From assembly GCA_035280845.1 (NCBI GenBank), contig DATEFB010000026.1:16055-80054 (forward strand): a stretch of DNA of 64,000 nt. The letters run 5' to 3'. Below are positions 19,806 to 30,174 of this stretch, piece by piece. The DNA is from Candidatus Saccharimonadales bacterium (GTDB lineage Bacteria > Patescibacteriota > Saccharimonadia > Saccharimonadales > EFPC-124). Every line of letters starts with the position of its first letter. Within the stretch, counting starts at the first letter, position 1. A program made the position numbers and the translations under genes. Under the pieces are notes generated by a model. The model saw only the letters and a list, made by a program, of their open reading frames with translations, was not told the origin of the DNA and ran no database searches.

Positions 19806-20378
19806 ATGACAAGCAAGCCCCTCATCCTGACGTTTGTAGGCATGCCCGGTGCCGGCAAGAGTTCATGCGTTGACCACGTTATGAGCGCCCGCCCCGAGCT
19901 GCCACCTATTCTGTATTTCGGTGGCATAACCATGGATGAAGTCGCCCGCCGTGGTCTCGAAGTCAACGAGCAGAACGAGCGCATGGTCCGCGAAGATATC
20001 CGCGCCAAAGAGGGCCCGGCGTCTCACGCCAAACGCATCTCGGCCAAGATAGACGAATACATTGCTGCAGGCCACACCCGCATTGTGGCAGACGGCCTAT
20101 ACAGCTGGTCCGAGTACAAATTCTTTAAAGAAAAATACGGCGACGGTGCAGTGATCCTTGCGATTGCCGCCCCACGCAAACTCCGCCACGAACGCCTCCT
20201 GCACCGCCCCATCCGCCCGTTCACCGAAGAGCAAGTGACTGCCCGGGAATATGGCGAAATTGAAGGCATCGAAAAGGGTGGCCCGATCGCCAACGCGGAT
20301 TACACCGTGCTGAACCGAACCACCCCGGAAGACCTTTTCGCGCAGCTCGACGAAGTACTGCACGAAATCGGCTTTTAA
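19806..20378 (+). CDS. P-loop kinase family protein (dephospho-CoA kinase / nucleotide kinase-like)
   Basis: ORF 19587-20378 trimmed to MTSKPLILTFVGMPGAGKSS (ATG 19806). Walker A is GMPGAGKS. Confidence 0.65.
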   Translation: MTSKPLILTFVGMPGAGKSSCVDHVMSARPELPPILYFGGITMDEVARRGLEVNEQNERMVREDIRAKEGPASHAKRISAKIDEYIAAGHTRIVADGLYSWSEYKFFKEKYGDGAVILAIAAPRKLRHERLLHRPIRPFTEEQVTAREYGEIEGIEKGGPIANADYTVLNRTTPEDLFAQLDEVLHEIGF

Positions 20379-21385
20379 TATAGCATCTTAATCTCTGGCA
20401 CCAACTGTTGCTGGCGCAGTGTTTGCGGCTGTTGCTGGGCACTCCCCGGCACAGGTTTGTCGCCGCTAAAGCGCAGTGTGTACTTACCCATGTCTTTATT
20501 GGATTGCTGGGCGCGGGTGTCGGCGTCGGCGCTGTCGCTCGGCGCAGTATTCAGGAATGAATAGCCGTACGACTTGCCCGTCTTCTGGTTATAAATAATG
20601 CCCACATCGTGGTGGTTGTTGCCATCAGGGTCGTACAGCAGGCCGGTCTTGTTGACGAGCAAAATATAATCATTGCCCGCCAGCTGGCTGCGCACGCCAT
20701 CGTTCACAAAAATATTGGTCGCCAAAAACTGCTTTATGATGCGCGTATAGCTGGCGTCTTCGGCCATCAGCTCGCGTAGCACAAACAGCGCCTCTTTCGA
20801 CGTGGTGTTGCCCAAATAAAAGCGGTTTGAATCCAGTGGGATCAAGCGCGTGTGCTCGAGCTCTGGAATCTGAGCCAGCCGTTCGTTTACTGCATACGGC
20901 CCGCCGAGCACGCCGTTCACCAGAATGCGCACCGCTGTGTTACCCGAACGGTTCAGCATGTCGTGCAATACCTGACCAACCGTGGCCTGGTACACGCCCG
21001 GCTGGTCATAGATACCATTGCCAGCGCGGCGGTCAGACTCCTGCCATGTCACAGTGGTGTCGAGCGTCACGGTGTTCGCCTGCAGGTTACGTAGCAACAG
21101 CAGCGTCACCGGCAGCTTGTTTATACTGGCGGCAAAGTGTGGCGTGGATTCGTTGTGGCCTAAAATTGTGCGGCCGGTTTGCATATCGTACAAGGTGACA
21201 TCTGTTAAAATGTTCAGCTGCTCGTTCTCGCGGATCTCTTTTTTTACAAATTGGCGCAGCAGAAACTGCTTGATAACTTCTTTGGTCTCTGGCCGGTCAA
21301 AATCGGCCACCTGGTTGGGCGAGGGCGAAAAATCGGCTGGTTGTACAGCTTGGGTAAGTTCGGGCGGAAGCGATGTTGGAATCAT
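20375..21385 (-). CDS. serine hydrolase, class A beta-lactamase-related
   Basis: SxxK (ASINK), SDN-like (SGN) and KTG (NKTG) motifs in the correct order. 336 aa. Confidence 0.75.
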   Translation of the reverse strand: MIPTSLPPELTQAVQPADFSPSPNQVADFDRPETKEVIKQFLLRQFVKKEIRENEQLNILTDVTLYDMQTGRTILGHNESTPHFAASINKLPVTLLLLRNLQANTVTLDTTVTWQESDRRAGNGIYDQPGVYQATVGQVLHDMLNRSGNTAVRILVNGVLGGPYAVNERLAQIPELEHTRLIPLDSNRFYLGNTTSKEALFVLRELMAEDASYTRIIKQFLATNIFVNDGVRSQLAGNDYILLVNKTGLLYDPDGNNHHDVGIIYNQKTGKSYGYSFLNTAPSDSADADTRAQQSNKDMGKYTLRFSGDKPVPGSAQQQPQTLRQQQLVPEIKMLY

Positions 21386-21458
21386 GCGAAGCTCCTTATG
21401 TAAGAGTCAGTATGCTCCAAAAATGATGGCTTTCATGCCAAAAATTTCATAGTTCCAG

Positions 21459-21493
21459 CCGGACGCCCCACCCGCAAAGAGCAGGGCGTCCGG
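21459..21493 (-). terminator. GC-rich hairpin after HGC-4
   Basis: CCGGACGCCC (21459-21468) pairs with GGGCGTCCGG (21484-21493), 10 bp perfect. Lies 12 nt beyond the TGA. Confidence 0.6.
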
Positions 21494-21505
21494 TGGCAAT
21501 GCATG

Positions 21506-22498
21506 TCAGGCGGCGTAGATCGGCTTGCCGCGGTCGGTCAGGAACACGTGCCCGGGGCTGAGCTTGTAGCCGTCGTAGGCCGAGTAGCCCTCCCACCGGC
21601 GCACCTGGCCGTAGCGGCCGAACGGGTCGATCGACAGTCGCCGGGTGTCCAGCGACTCACCGGCGGCGGGCGAACCGTTGACCCGCCGGTAGATCTCGTC
21701 GTGCAGGTGGATGTCCACGTCCCACGGCGGCAACTGCCCCCGGTTGCGCGGGCGGACCTGCCCCGCCTCGATGTCGAAGTCGTCCCGCCACCCCCATTCG
21801 ACCCCGGTGTCCCCCACTCGTGCCAAAACGTCGCCCCGCTTGATGGGCGTACCCATCGCGAACAGGTCGCCGTCGGGGATGTAGAGGTTGTCCGGGCCCG
21901 AATTGGGCTCGTGCCAGTCCCCGTCGGCATCGACGTAGGGCCGCAGGTAGCGGACCCCGGGGTCGATCCACGAGCAGTGGGCCTTCTTGGTCCACCAGTA
22001 GACGTTGGTTCCCGGGACGCGGTGCAGCGTGATGAGCCAGAGACCCAGGCCGAAACCGACCCGGCCACTGCGTCCGTCACGCTGGTAGACGACGTTGGTC
22101 AACCAGGACTGGTACGTCCGGAAGGCAACACCGTCAGCCGGCGCCAGGATGTCGGTGTCGTACGGCAGGTCGTAGTCGATGGCGTTGTGCAGGCCGTTGC
22201 CGATGATGCCGGCGACGATGTCGTGGCCGCCACCGTGGATGCCCCGCTCACTCCCCAGGTAGGTTCCTTCGGAGATGTTGCTAGTGCCGCCACTGCGCGC
22301 CGCGTCCCGCTTACGGAACGGCAGCGCCATCCATGGCGGCGGGACCTCCAGGCCGGGGAGCACCAGGCTGGGCTCCGGGCCACGGCGACCGTCAGAGGGC
22401 TGCGCCATTGCAGCCTCGCCGGTCAGTGCCGCTGCCGCCGCACCCAGCAGTGCGACGCCGCCCAATCCCAGGGCGCGCCGTCGTGTCGTGGGTTCCAC
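21506..22498 (-). CDS. HGC-4: secreted M23 (LytM-type) metallopeptidase with twin-arginine signal
   Basis: GTG start at 22496-22498. N-terminus METTRRRALGLGGVALLGAAAAA has a Tat-type RR motif. HxxxD (HNAID) and HxH (HLH) zinc motifs. 42/60 GC on line 21541. TGA stop. Confidence 0.8.
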   Translation of the reverse strand: MEPTTRRRALGLGGVALLGAAAAALTGEAAMAQPSDGRRGPEPSLVLPGLEVPPPWMALPFRKRDAARSGGTSNISEGTYLGSERGIHGGGHDIVAGIIGNGLHNAIDYDLPYDTDILAPADGVAFRTYQSWLTNVVYQRDGRSGRVGFGLGLWLITLHRVPGTNVYWWTKKAHCSWIDPGVRYLRPYVDADGDWHEPNSGPDNLYIPDGDLFAMGTPIKRGDVLARVGDTGVEWGWRDDFDIEAGQVRPRNRGQLPPWDVDIHLHDEIYRRVNGSPAAGESLDTRRLSIDPFGRYGQVRRWEGYSAYDGYKLSPGHVFLTDRGKPIYAA

Positions 22499-22570
22499 GA
22501 GCTCTCTCTTCCTCGAGACAACAAATGCATTACCAGTGCGATTGCTCGCACCTACCTACTATACGTACCA

Positions 22571-22595
22571 AAGAGGCCGAAAGTTCCGGCCTCTT
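22571..22595 (-). terminator. rpoD intrinsic terminator
   Basis: AAGAGGCCG (22571-22579) pairs with CGGCCTCTT (22587-22595). Lies 26 nt downstream of the rpoD TAG on the minus strand, followed by TTT. Confidence 0.55.
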
Positions 22596-22621
22596 AAAAA
22601 ACTACATCAATGTGGCACCTG

Positions 22622-23674
22622 CTACTGCAAGTATTCGTACAATTTCTTGGCGTCTTTGTGCTTGCGCAGCTTGCTTAAAGCCTTGGCTTCAATCTGGCGG
22701 ATGCGCTCGCGGGTAACGCTGAACTCCTGGCCGACTTCTTCGAGGGTGTGGCTCTTGCCGTCTTCCAGGCCAAACCGCATCTTCAGTATTTTTTGCTCGC
22801 GCTCGGTCAGCACGCCAAGCATGTCTTTGACTTGCTCTTTCAGCAGCTGAGTAGTGGCCGACTCTTCTGGGCTCTGGGCGTCTTCGTCTTCGATGAAGTC
22901 ACCGAGCACCGAATCGTCATCGTCATCACGGACGTTGGCGTCGAGTGACGTAATGTCCTGCTTAATCTTCATGACGTATTCGATCTTCTCTGGCTCCATT
23001 TCCATTTCTTTGGCCAGTTCTTCAATCGTTGGCTCGCGGTTGAGCTCCTGCGTCATACGGCGCTGGGTGCGCAGTAGCTTGTTGATCGTCTCAACCATGT
23101 GCACCGGAATGCGGATTGTGCGCGCCTGGTCGGCAATGGCGCGGGTAATGGCTTGGCGGATCCACCAGGTGGCGTAGGTGCTGAACTTAAAACCTTTGTC
23201 TGGGTCGAACTTCTCGACTGCGCGCAGAAGACCAGTGTTCCCTTCCTGGATCAGGTCCAAAAAGTCCAAGCCACGGCCGCTGTAGCGCTTAGCAATAGAA
23301 ACAACCAAACGCATGTTGGCTTCGGCCATCTTGTCCTTAGCAGACTTGTCGCCGGCTTTTACTTTCTGGGCTAGTGCCAGCTCTTCTTCTGGGGTCAAAA
23401 GTGGGATCTTGCCGATTTCACGCAGGTACAGGCGCACGCTGTCGTCAGAAATATCGTCGAGGTATGAACCACTTGCCGTGGTGGCGTCTTCTTCACTCCA
23501 CTCTTCCTCTTCTTCAAACTCTTCCGGGCTTGGTTCGAGGGTATCATCGGTCAGGTCCGGGTCGATAACCGCAGCGACGGTGTCTTCTTCGCCATCGACA
23601 ATATCGTCGGTAAGCGGACGCTCGTCAAACTCTTCAGCCGGTTTTTGGTTTGCGGTAGTTGCTTTTTTTGGCAC
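22622..23674 (-). CDS. rpoD: primary RNA polymerase sigma factor
   Basis: [27 protein letters not shown] (region 2) and [24 protein letters not shown] (region 4.2). Acidic N-terminus. GTG start. Confidence 0.95.
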   Translation of the reverse strand: MPKKATTANQKPAEEFDERPLTDDIVDGEEDTVAAVIDPDLTDDTLEPSPEEFEEEEEWSEEDATTASGSYLDDISDDSVRLYLREIGKIPLLTPEEELALAQKVKAGDKSAKDKMAEANMRLVVSIAKRYSGRGLDFLDLIQEGNTGLLRAVEKFDPDKGFKFSTYATWWIRQAITRAIADQARTIRIPVHMVETINKLLRTQRRMTQELNREPTIEELAKEMEMEPEKIEYVMKIKQDITSLDANVRDDDDDSVLGDFIEDEDAQSPEESATTQLLKEQVKDMLGVLTEREQKILKMRFGLEDGKSHTLEEVGQEFSVTRERIRQIEAKALSKLRKHKDAKKLYEYLQ

Positions 23675-23684
23675 AGGCTTGCCC

Positions 23685-25406
23685 CTAGTGTTTAAGTTCT
23701 TCGATTTCTTTGATGAGTTGTTTCATTGTAGTGTTCAGTTCTGACCGGAGGTCAGCATCATCGGAAGCGACAAACTGTTTGCTGAATTCACTGAGTTGTT
23801 TCTGTTTGTATTCTTTTTTGATTCTTTTGGCAATGTCGGCTGCGTCGTAGTACAGCTCGTCTGATACTGTCGGATACTTGGTGTCCGCAATCAGTTCTAA
23901 CTCACCCATTTTGACACTCATTTCGTCAGATTGCAACAGGGGCGCATTTTCTTTGATGTGCGCGGCAGCAGATTGGCGGAGTTCACCGGAAAATTCCTGC
24001 GGCTCCAGGCGGCTCAGACTGTCGCGCAGCTGTGGATGGCGGAATGCCATTGCCAGCAGGTGATCCTGGTATTCCATGCCCTCGGGATTGGTTGGAGCCA
24101 CGGCCATAGTTCGCGCCGGTGCCTTAGCCTGCTCTTTCTGGGGTTGTTGGTTCAGTTTTTTATCCAGCGCCTCGAAGCTACTGCCAATGCGGGTGGCTAC
24201 AACCTGTAGATAGTGTTCAAGCAGCACCGGATCACTAATAGTCTTAATAATGCTGATCACCCGATCGGTAATGCGCCGCTTGCCTTCGGCGGTCGTAAAG
24301 TCGTAGGTCTTACCGTACACATCAAGCAGCCACTCTACTGCATCGGTAGGGTTCTCGGTGGCCTTCTGCCACAGTTTTACATCTTTCTGGATGAGTTCAT
24401 CGGGGTCTTTGGCGCCGTCGGTAAGCGTAATGATACTTAGATTTACGCCCAGGTTACTGGCAATGCCGATCGCCCGTTCGGTGGCGGCAATCCCCGCCTT
24501 GTCGGCGTCAAAGCTCAGCCGGACGTCGGCCGAAAAACGGCTCAAAGTACGCAGGTGGTACTCGGTCAGCGCCGTGCCCGCGGTGGCGACCACGTTCTTG
24601 ACCCCAGCCTGATGGCTGGTGATCACGTCCATGTTTCCTTCTACAATCACCGCAAAATCTTTTTGGCGAATAGCTTCTTTGGCCAAATGAAGTCCAAAAA
24701 CGTGGCGCGACTTGTCGTACAACAAAGTTTGGGGCGTATTGATGTATTTTGGCGCGTTGGGTTCGTCGCGGATGAGGCGGGCAGTAAAACCGATCGGGCG
24801 CCCCTGGGCATCCTGCAGCGTGACCATCATGCGGCCGCGGAACATGTCGCTTGCGCGGCCACGACGCGTCACCACCAGCCCGGCGTCGCGCAGCTCGACC
24901 TCGGTGAATCCCCGCTTGGTCATTGCCTTAAGCAGCTCACCATTTGTCGGGCTGTACCCCAGCATAAAATCAACGATCGTCTGCTTTTGCAGGCCGCGTT
25001 TCTTAAAATACGCAATCGCCTCGGGGCTATGAATGAACACGCGTTGGTAAAACTTTGCCGCCAACTCCGAGGCTTGCGCCAAGCGCTCTTTCTTTTTGGC
25101 GAAGCTGCCATCGCCTTTTTGCTGGTACTGGGTAAGGTCGACGCCGGCTTTTCGTGCCAAAAGTTCCATTGCGCCCTTAAAGTCGACGCCCTCCATCTCC
25201 ATAACAAAGGCAAATACGTCGCCACCTTTGCCGCTGCTGAAGTCGTGCCAAATGTGTTTGTCGGGGCTGACCATGAAGCTGGGGGATTTTTCCTGGCTGA
25301 ACGGACTGAGCCCCTTAAAATTCCGGCCGGCGCGCTTAAGCTGGACGTATTGCCCAATGACGTCCTCAATGTTGAGCCGTGACCTGATCTCCTCTTTCGC
25401 TTCCAT
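23685..25406 (-). CDS. dnaG: DNA primase (zinc-ligand-less zinc-binding domain)
   Basis: 573 aa. N-terminal primase ZBD-like [13 protein letters not shown]...[21 protein letters not shown] segment IVEGNMDVI. Lies upstream of rpoD as in the classical operon. Confidence 0.92.
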   Translation of the reverse strand: MEAKEEIRSRLNIEDVIGQYVQLKRAGRNFKGLSPFSQEKSPSFMVSPDKHIWHDFSSGKGGDVFAFVMEMEGVDFKGAMELLARKAGVDLTQYQQKGDGSFAKKKERLAQASELAAKFYQRVFIHSPEAIAYFKKRGLQKQTIVDFMLGYSPTNGELLKAMTKRGFTEVELRDAGLVVTRRGRASDMFRGRMMVTLQDAQGRPIGFTARLIRDEPNAPKYINTPQTLLYDKSRHVFGLHLAKEAIRQKDFAVIVEGNMDVITSHQAGVKNVVATAGTALTEYHLRTLSRFSADVRLSFDADKAGIAATERAIGIASNLGVNLSIITLTDGAKDPDELIQKDVKLWQKATENPTDAVEWLLDVYGKTYDFTTAEGKRRITDRVISIIKTISDPVLLEHYLQVVATRIGSSFEALDKKLNQQPQKEQAKAPARTMAVAPTNPEGMEYQDHLLAMAFRHPQLRDSLSRLEPQEFSGELRQSAAAHIKENAPLLQSDEMSVKMGELELIADTKYPTVSDELYYDAADIAKRIKKEYKQKQLSEFSKQFVASDDADLRSELNTTMKQLIKEIEELKH

Positions 25407-25544
25407 GCTGCCCCTATTCTACCACTGTTCCACCGGTGGTATCCCTCCACAGCCTTCTTTCTGTAAAAAAGGGTCTGGAGGGATCCCATACTACACCATT
25501 GGAGGTGGCGCAGTATGGGGTCGTATCCCTGCTGATTCACTGGT

Positions 25545-26423
25545 TCACAGGGCGCCGAAGACGTCCCAGTCCGCAACACCAAAGTGGTACAGCCACTGGA
25601 TCTCGGTGCTGTTCCGGCCAGTCTTGAAGACCAGCGTTGAGGCGTTGTAGGCCAGGGGTAGCGGCTCGTCCAGGTTGGACTTGGGCGGAAGGGCCCGGCT
25701 CAGGGAGTCGGTGGCGTAGCCCAGCTTCAGCATCTGGAAGGCGTCCAGCAGCTTCGGTCCGTTGTCGCCCAGCGAGGCACCGGCCAACCCGTCAAGGCGG
25801 TAGCTGGTGGCAACCGTCACCAGCGGCCAGAGCACACTCCCCCAGCGGGAGGAGGGCTCAACGCCACTGACTTTGGCCACAACCCGGCGGGCCTTGGCGA
25901 ACAGTTCGAACCGGCTCGCCCCCTGCGCGGGGGTAAGCCACAGCATGCCGTCTTCGACCGGGACGCACGCCACGGCCTCACGGCGGTAGCGCGCCGGCAG
26001 CCAGTCCGGGACCCTGGCGTCGGGCGACAGCGGATAGCAGAAGTCGTATACCCATGCCTCTTTAGCCGGCACCGCCGCGAAGAGGTGGTACCCGTCGCCG
26101 GGGGCAACCCGTCGCACGCGCACCAGCTCGGTCGGTGCCGTAAAGCGGATCTGCTGCGAAGTGGCCGTAAGAATCCCGGCACCATCGTGGGCATACTCCC
26201 GGTCCGCCAGCTTGTGGCGGGCAGCCAACTCGGCGAGCTTGGCCGCGGTTCCGGTAACGTTCAGGGTCGCACCGCTGGCGGGGCGACCACTAGCCGGAAG
26301 CCCGGCACTGTAAGCGGCGAGCGGCTCGAAGCCCTCAACGTCCGCTTTCCAGTGCAGGCCCTCAGCATCTCCAGCGGCTCGCCGGAGCGCCCATGTCAGG
26401 GCCATGCAGTCAAACGCGAGCAC
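25545..26423 (-). CDS. HGC-5: hypothetical protein (292 aa)
   Basis: GTG at 26421-26423, 5 nt after AGGAGG. 40/60 GC on line 25861. TGA stop. No family recognised. Confidence 0.7.
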   Translation of the reverse strand: MLAFDCMALTWALRRAAGDAEGLHWKADVEGFEPLAAYSAGLPASGRPASGATLNVTGTAAKLAELAARHKLADREYAHDGAGILTATSQQIRFTAPTELVRVRRVAPGDGYHLFAAVPAKEAWVYDFCYPLSPDARVPDWLPARYRREAVACVPVEDGMLWLTPAQGASRFELFAKARRVVAKVSGVEPSSRWGSVLWPLVTVATSYRLDGLAGASLGDNGPKLLDAFQMLKLGYATDSLSRALPPKSNLDEPLPLAYNASTLVFKTGRNSTEIQWLYHFGVADWDVFGAL

Positions 26424-26565
26424 TTACACCTCCTGGGTGGCAGTGAATACCGCAAGGTACGTTCTCCTACAGTACACTTGCGGTACGTAGGTGGGCATAT
26501 TTTAGTATCCAATCATCCTGCTGTCAATCTGGCAACAGCAGGCAGAACTGTGGTTAAATGCTTAC

Positions 26566-27153
26566 ATGCAACCCAAATATTATGGTGCCGCGGCAGAATA
26601 CAACAAACCAGCAGGCGGCAGCGCAGGCGGCCTAAGCGGTATCCTTAAAATATTTGGCATCTTTATTGGCGCGATAATTGTCATCGCCGTCGTCCTGTCT
26701 GTTGTCAGCTCAATCGGCAAAGGGCCACAAAACGACTTCGCCCGGCTGGTGGCCCGCATGAGCTCCCTGCAAAATCTCCTCGACAAGCAAAAGGGCAACA
26801 TTCGCAGCAGCGACCTGCGCACCGTAAGCGCCACCGCCCTCATCTTGGTAAGTGGCGATACCAGCACACTGGCCAAACAGATGAGAGTAAGCTTTGGCCT
26901 CGAGGCCGTCCCCGAAGACATTACCGCCGCCGAGACCGACACAACCACTGATCCAGAACTAAAGAAAGCCCAGCTAACCGGGGGATTCGACCGCGAATAT
27001 GTCGCCGTGCTGCGCGATAAGATCGCCGCCGCCTACCAGCTTGCTGAAACACTCAAGGCAGCAGGTGGTAACGAAGCAACGATTGACGCGCTCAACAAAA
27101 CACTTGTCAGCCTCGACGCGCTCGACAGCCAGCTGACAAAACTTGCGCTTTAA
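26566..27153 (+). CDS. membrane-anchored hypothetical protein
   Basis: 195 aa. N-terminal TM span ILKIFGIFIGAIIVIAVVLSVVSSI followed by a helical soluble part. Confidence 0.6.
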   Translation: MQPKYYGAAAEYNKPAGGSAGGLSGILKIFGIFIGAIIVIAVVLSVVSSIGKGPQNDFARLVARMSSLQNLLDKQKGNIRSSDLRTVSATALILVSGDTSTLAKQMRVSFGLEAVPEDITAAETDTTTDPELKKAQLTGGFDREYVAVLRDKIAAAYQLAETLKAAGGNEATIDALNKTLVSLDALDSQLTKLAL

Positions 27154-27470
27154 GCTGTAACCAATTGGTGCGAGTGCACAATAAGGTCGCGGATTTCTTC
27201 TTCGCTCAACTGCCCCGAACAAACAACAGTATTCCAGTGCTTTTTGTTCAGATGGTAACCGGGCAGCACCGTCTCGTATTTTTCGCGCAACACTTCGGCC
27301 AAATGCGGGTCGCACTTAAGGCTAATCCGTACCGGATTGCGGTCTTCGGCAATCAAAGCAAACATTTTATCGCCGACTTTATACACAGCGACATCTTTGC
27401 CAAACGGATAGTCCAGCACAGCCCCGGGCAGCGACAGAATAAATGTTTCGAGTTGTTTATGCGTGATCAT
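27150..27470 (-). CDS. MmcQ/YjbR family DNA-binding protein
   Basis: LPGAVLDYPFGKDVAVYKVGDKMFALI...GYHLNKKHWNTV is the characteristic YjbR pattern. Confidence 0.8.
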   Translation of the reverse strand: MITHKQLETFILSLPGAVLDYPFGKDVAVYKVGDKMFALIAEDRNPVRISLKCDPHLAEVLREKYETVLPGYHLNKKHWNTVVCSGQLSEEEIRDLIVHSHQLVTA

Positions 27471-27478
27471 GTGCTCGA

Positions 27479-28042
27479 TTATACCGTGAACGACCCTTTT
27501 TCCAGATAAAACTTTAGCTCGTCGATACTTTCCCTGATGTCATCGAGCGCGCGGTGCGTCTCTTTCTTAGGAAATTCCAGGCCGTATTTAGCCTGCATGA
27601 CAACCTTCCAGGCGCTCACATCGAGCATGCGGTAATGCAGCCGCGCCTCGAGTTCCGGCCACCACGCGCGAATGAACTGGCGGTCCTGATGAATCGAATT
27701 GCCAGCCAGTAGCACAACATTGCCTGGGCCAGCGTATTGGTTTACAAATGCCACAACCGCAGCCTGCACTTCTGCCTCGCTTGGGCTCCGCTGCGATAAC
27801 GCGATCATCTCCTGCGTCTCGGCCGGCCGGGCAGCCGCCCATGGGTTGGCGCCAAACAGTTCTTTGAGCTGGGATTCATCCTGCCGCACACCGCTCTCGT
27901 ACGTGCCAAGCGCCGTAAAATCCCAATCCGTAGCAATCGCCGCAACCTCAACAATGCGGTCGGTGGCAGGTGCCAGGCCAGTCATCTCCAGATCCAGCCA
28001 CAGCAGTATAGTCGGGTTTGTCTTCTTAATGTCGGCCATCAC
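27479..28042 (-). CDS. orn: oligoribonuclease
   Basis: DEDDh exonuclease motifs [17 protein letters not shown] and [11 protein letters not shown]. 187 aa. Confidence 0.9.
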   Translation of the reverse strand: MMADIKKTNPTILLWLDLEMTGLAPATDRIVEVAAIATDWDFTALGTYESGVRQDESQLKELFGANPWAAARPAETQEMIALSQRSPSEAEVQAAVVAFVNQYAGPGNVVLLAGNSIHQDRQFIRAWWPELEARLHYRMLDVSAWKVVMQAKYGLEFPKKETHRALDDIRESIDELKFYLEKGSFTV

Positions 28043-28437
28043 TTCCCTTTCGGTTTAAAATCTAACGAGATTGAGTTTATGCAGTAGCGCTGGCCAGTAG
28101 GCTGGTCGGGTGCATCCGCGAAAATATGGCCAAGATGACTGCCACAATTGGCACAGGTCACTTCGGTGCGGGACATGCCATGCGTCGCGTCGCCGTGGAA
28201 CTCCACTGCACCCGGGCGGGCGTCGTAAAAACTGGGCCACCCGCAATTGGCGTCGAACTTGGTGCCGCTCTCGAACAGGTCTGCCCCACAAGCGCCGCAC
28301 ACGTATTTGCCTTCGCCGTCTTCGAACTCGTACTTACCCGTAAAAGGCAGTTCGGTCCCCTTTTTGCGGAGCACGCGGTACTGCTCGGGCGTCAGGATTT
28401 TCTTCCATTCTGCGTCGGTTGTTTGCTTGTTTGGCAT
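28039..28437 (-). CDS. msrB: peptide-methionine (R)-S-oxide reductase
   Basis: Two CxxC pairs, GWPSF, and catalytic [17 protein letters not shown]. Confidence 0.93.
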   Translation of the reverse strand: MPNKQTTDAEWKKILTPEQYRVLRKKGTELPFTGKYEFEDGEGKYVCGACGADLFESGTKFDANCGWPSFYDARPGAVEFHGDATHGMSRTEVTCANCGSHLGHIFADAPDQPTGQRYCINSISLDFKPKGK

Positions 28438-28451
28438 ACGTTTAGTATAGC

Positions 28452-30125
28452 TTACAGGCGAACGGGCGCCGGGATGTTCATGATGTCGAGGCCGTCCTTA
28501 AGCACGTCGGCGTACAGCTGTACAAGAAGCTGGCGAGTCGGCTGGCGGTCACTGCCAACCACACGGTTGTGTTCATAAAAACGGTTGAACGTCTGGGCGA
28601 GCTCGTACAGGTACGTGCAAATATGATGCGGCATCATTTCGGTCACAGCCTTGCCAATGACCTCTGGATATTCGCTGATTTTGCGTGCCAGGCTGCGTTC
28701 GTCGCTTTCGAGGCTGCCGTCAAAGGCTGCCTCGGCATCCGCAGCTTTTTGCAGAATGCTGCAGGCGCGGGCGTGGGCGTACTGCAAATACGGGCCGCTG
28801 TTGCCTTCCATCGCGACCGATTCTTTGGGACTGTAAATGATGTCGCCGCCGATTCGCTGCTTTAAAAATGCGTATTTTACTGCGGCGTATGCGGTCTCTT
28901 TTGAACCTTCTGCCACTGCTGCCTCGGCTGCTTGCAGAATGTCATTGCCGTACAATACATTACCTTTGCGCGAACTCATTTTTACACCACCCTCCAGCTT
29001 AACCATGCCGTGGGTCAGATGGGTAGTGCGTGGGGGCAACTCGGGCTGGAACTGCTCAATGCTTTTGAGCACGACTTTCATGTATTCAATAATGTCGTTG
29101 CCAGTAATAATAACCGACTGGTCAAAGTGGTAGTCGCGCCATTTTGCCATAATCAGGCCAACGTCTTTCGCCTCGTAGGTGGGCAAACCCTGGCTGTTTA
29201 TAAACACGCGGGTGTGCAGGCCATGCGCTTCGCCATCAAAGACAATGGCGCCGTCGCTCTCTTTGTATACGTCCTTTTTCAGCTGCTCGCGAACGGTGTC
29301 GATGCCAAGCTGCACTGTTGAGCTTTCGGGATAATACTTCTCGAACGGATCCACGCCAAGCTCAGTATAAAACCAATCAAAATAGTCGTAACTCCACTGG
29401 CGGCACTCCCAGTAAATCTTGGCGAAGGTACTGTCGTGGTCGTCCTGGGCGTGCACATCGTACACTTTTTTGTTCACTTCTACGATCTGGGCTTTGGCAG
29501 CTTCGTCTTCGTAAGCAGTATTGCCCTTCACGTATTGGTCGGCCATCCAGGTGGCGCGTTCGTGCAACGATGCATCCTTCTTTGACTGCACTGTCTGCCA
29601 GGCCGATTCTTCGTCGTCGCCAATAATTGCCCACATGGCCTTGCCAACGTGCAGCCCAACGTCACCGCCAAAGTTAACGCGGTGCACTTCGCCACCAGCG
29701 GTTTGGATCAGCTTAGAAATGGCATCGCCTATAATGGTGGTATACAGGTGGCCGGCGTGCAACGCCTTAAATGGGTTCGGGTCGGAATATTCGGCCACGA
29801 CAACCTTGCCCTTGTAGGTTTGCGGCTTCACTTCGGGGGCATGGGCAGCAGCGGCCATAATCACGTGGTCGTGCAAGGCAACGTTAATGAAACCGGGCCC
29901 GGCAATAGTAATACTGTCGGCGTAGTCTTTTAATTCGGGCTCCAGCGCAGCTACCAGCTCTTCGGCGATCTGGCGCGGCGGCCTGTTCAATACACTCGCC
30001 AATTGCATGGCGACGTTGGTCGAGTAGTCGCCGAATTGTTCATCGGGACGGGTCAGCTCTGGGGTAATATCCTGGCTGAATACTTTTTGTATAACGCGTC
30101 GTAATGTATTTTGAATGGTTTCCAT
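28452..30125 (-). CDS. argS: arginine--tRNA ligase
   Basis: ORF 28452-30185 trimmed to METIQNTL (ATG at 30123-30125). HIGH-type HAGH. Anticodon-binding C-terminus. Confidence 0.92.
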   Translation of the reverse strand: METIQNTLRRVIQKVFSQDITPELTRPDEQFGDYSTNVAMQLASVLNRPPRQIAEELVAALEPELKDYADSITIAGPGFINVALHDHVIMAAAAHAPEVKPQTYKGKVVVAEYSDPNPFKALHAGHLYTTIIGDAISKLIQTAGGEVHRVNFGGDVGLHVGKAMWAIIGDDEESAWQTVQSKKDASLHERATWMADQYVKGNTAYEDEAAKAQIVEVNKKVYDVHAQDDHDSTFAKIYWECRQWSYDYFDWFYTELGVDPFEKYYPESSTVQLGIDTVREQLKKDVYKESDGAIVFDGEAHGLHTRVFINSQGLPTYEAKDVGLIMAKWRDYHFDQSVIITGNDIIEYMKVVLKSIEQFQPELPPRTTHLTHGMVKLEGGVKMSSRKGNVLYGNDILQAAEAAVAEGSKETAYAAVKYAFLKQRIGGDIIYSPKESVAMEGNSGPYLQYAHARACSILQKAADAEAAFDGSLESDERSLARKISEYPEVIGKAVTEMMPHHICTYLYELAQTFNRFYEHNRVVGSDRQPTRQLLVQLYADVLKDGLDIMNIPAPVRL

Positions 30126-30174
30126 AATCACAGTTATTGTAGCATGCCTCTGGTAGAAGGATCTCATGCAGGCA

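Noticed and set aside
21503-22597. Long antisense ORFs inside the high-GC blocks. Examples: 21503-22597 (+, 364 aa), 44357-45133 (+), 47228-48016 (-), 48212-49141 (+), 53063-53866 (-) and 21538-22080 (-).
   Set aside because: Stop codons are rare in 70% GC DNA, so stop-free antisense frames are expected. Their translations are Arg/Pro/Gly-rich low-complexity sequence without SDs, while the opposite strand carries recognisable motifs or SD-plus-hairpin punctuation.
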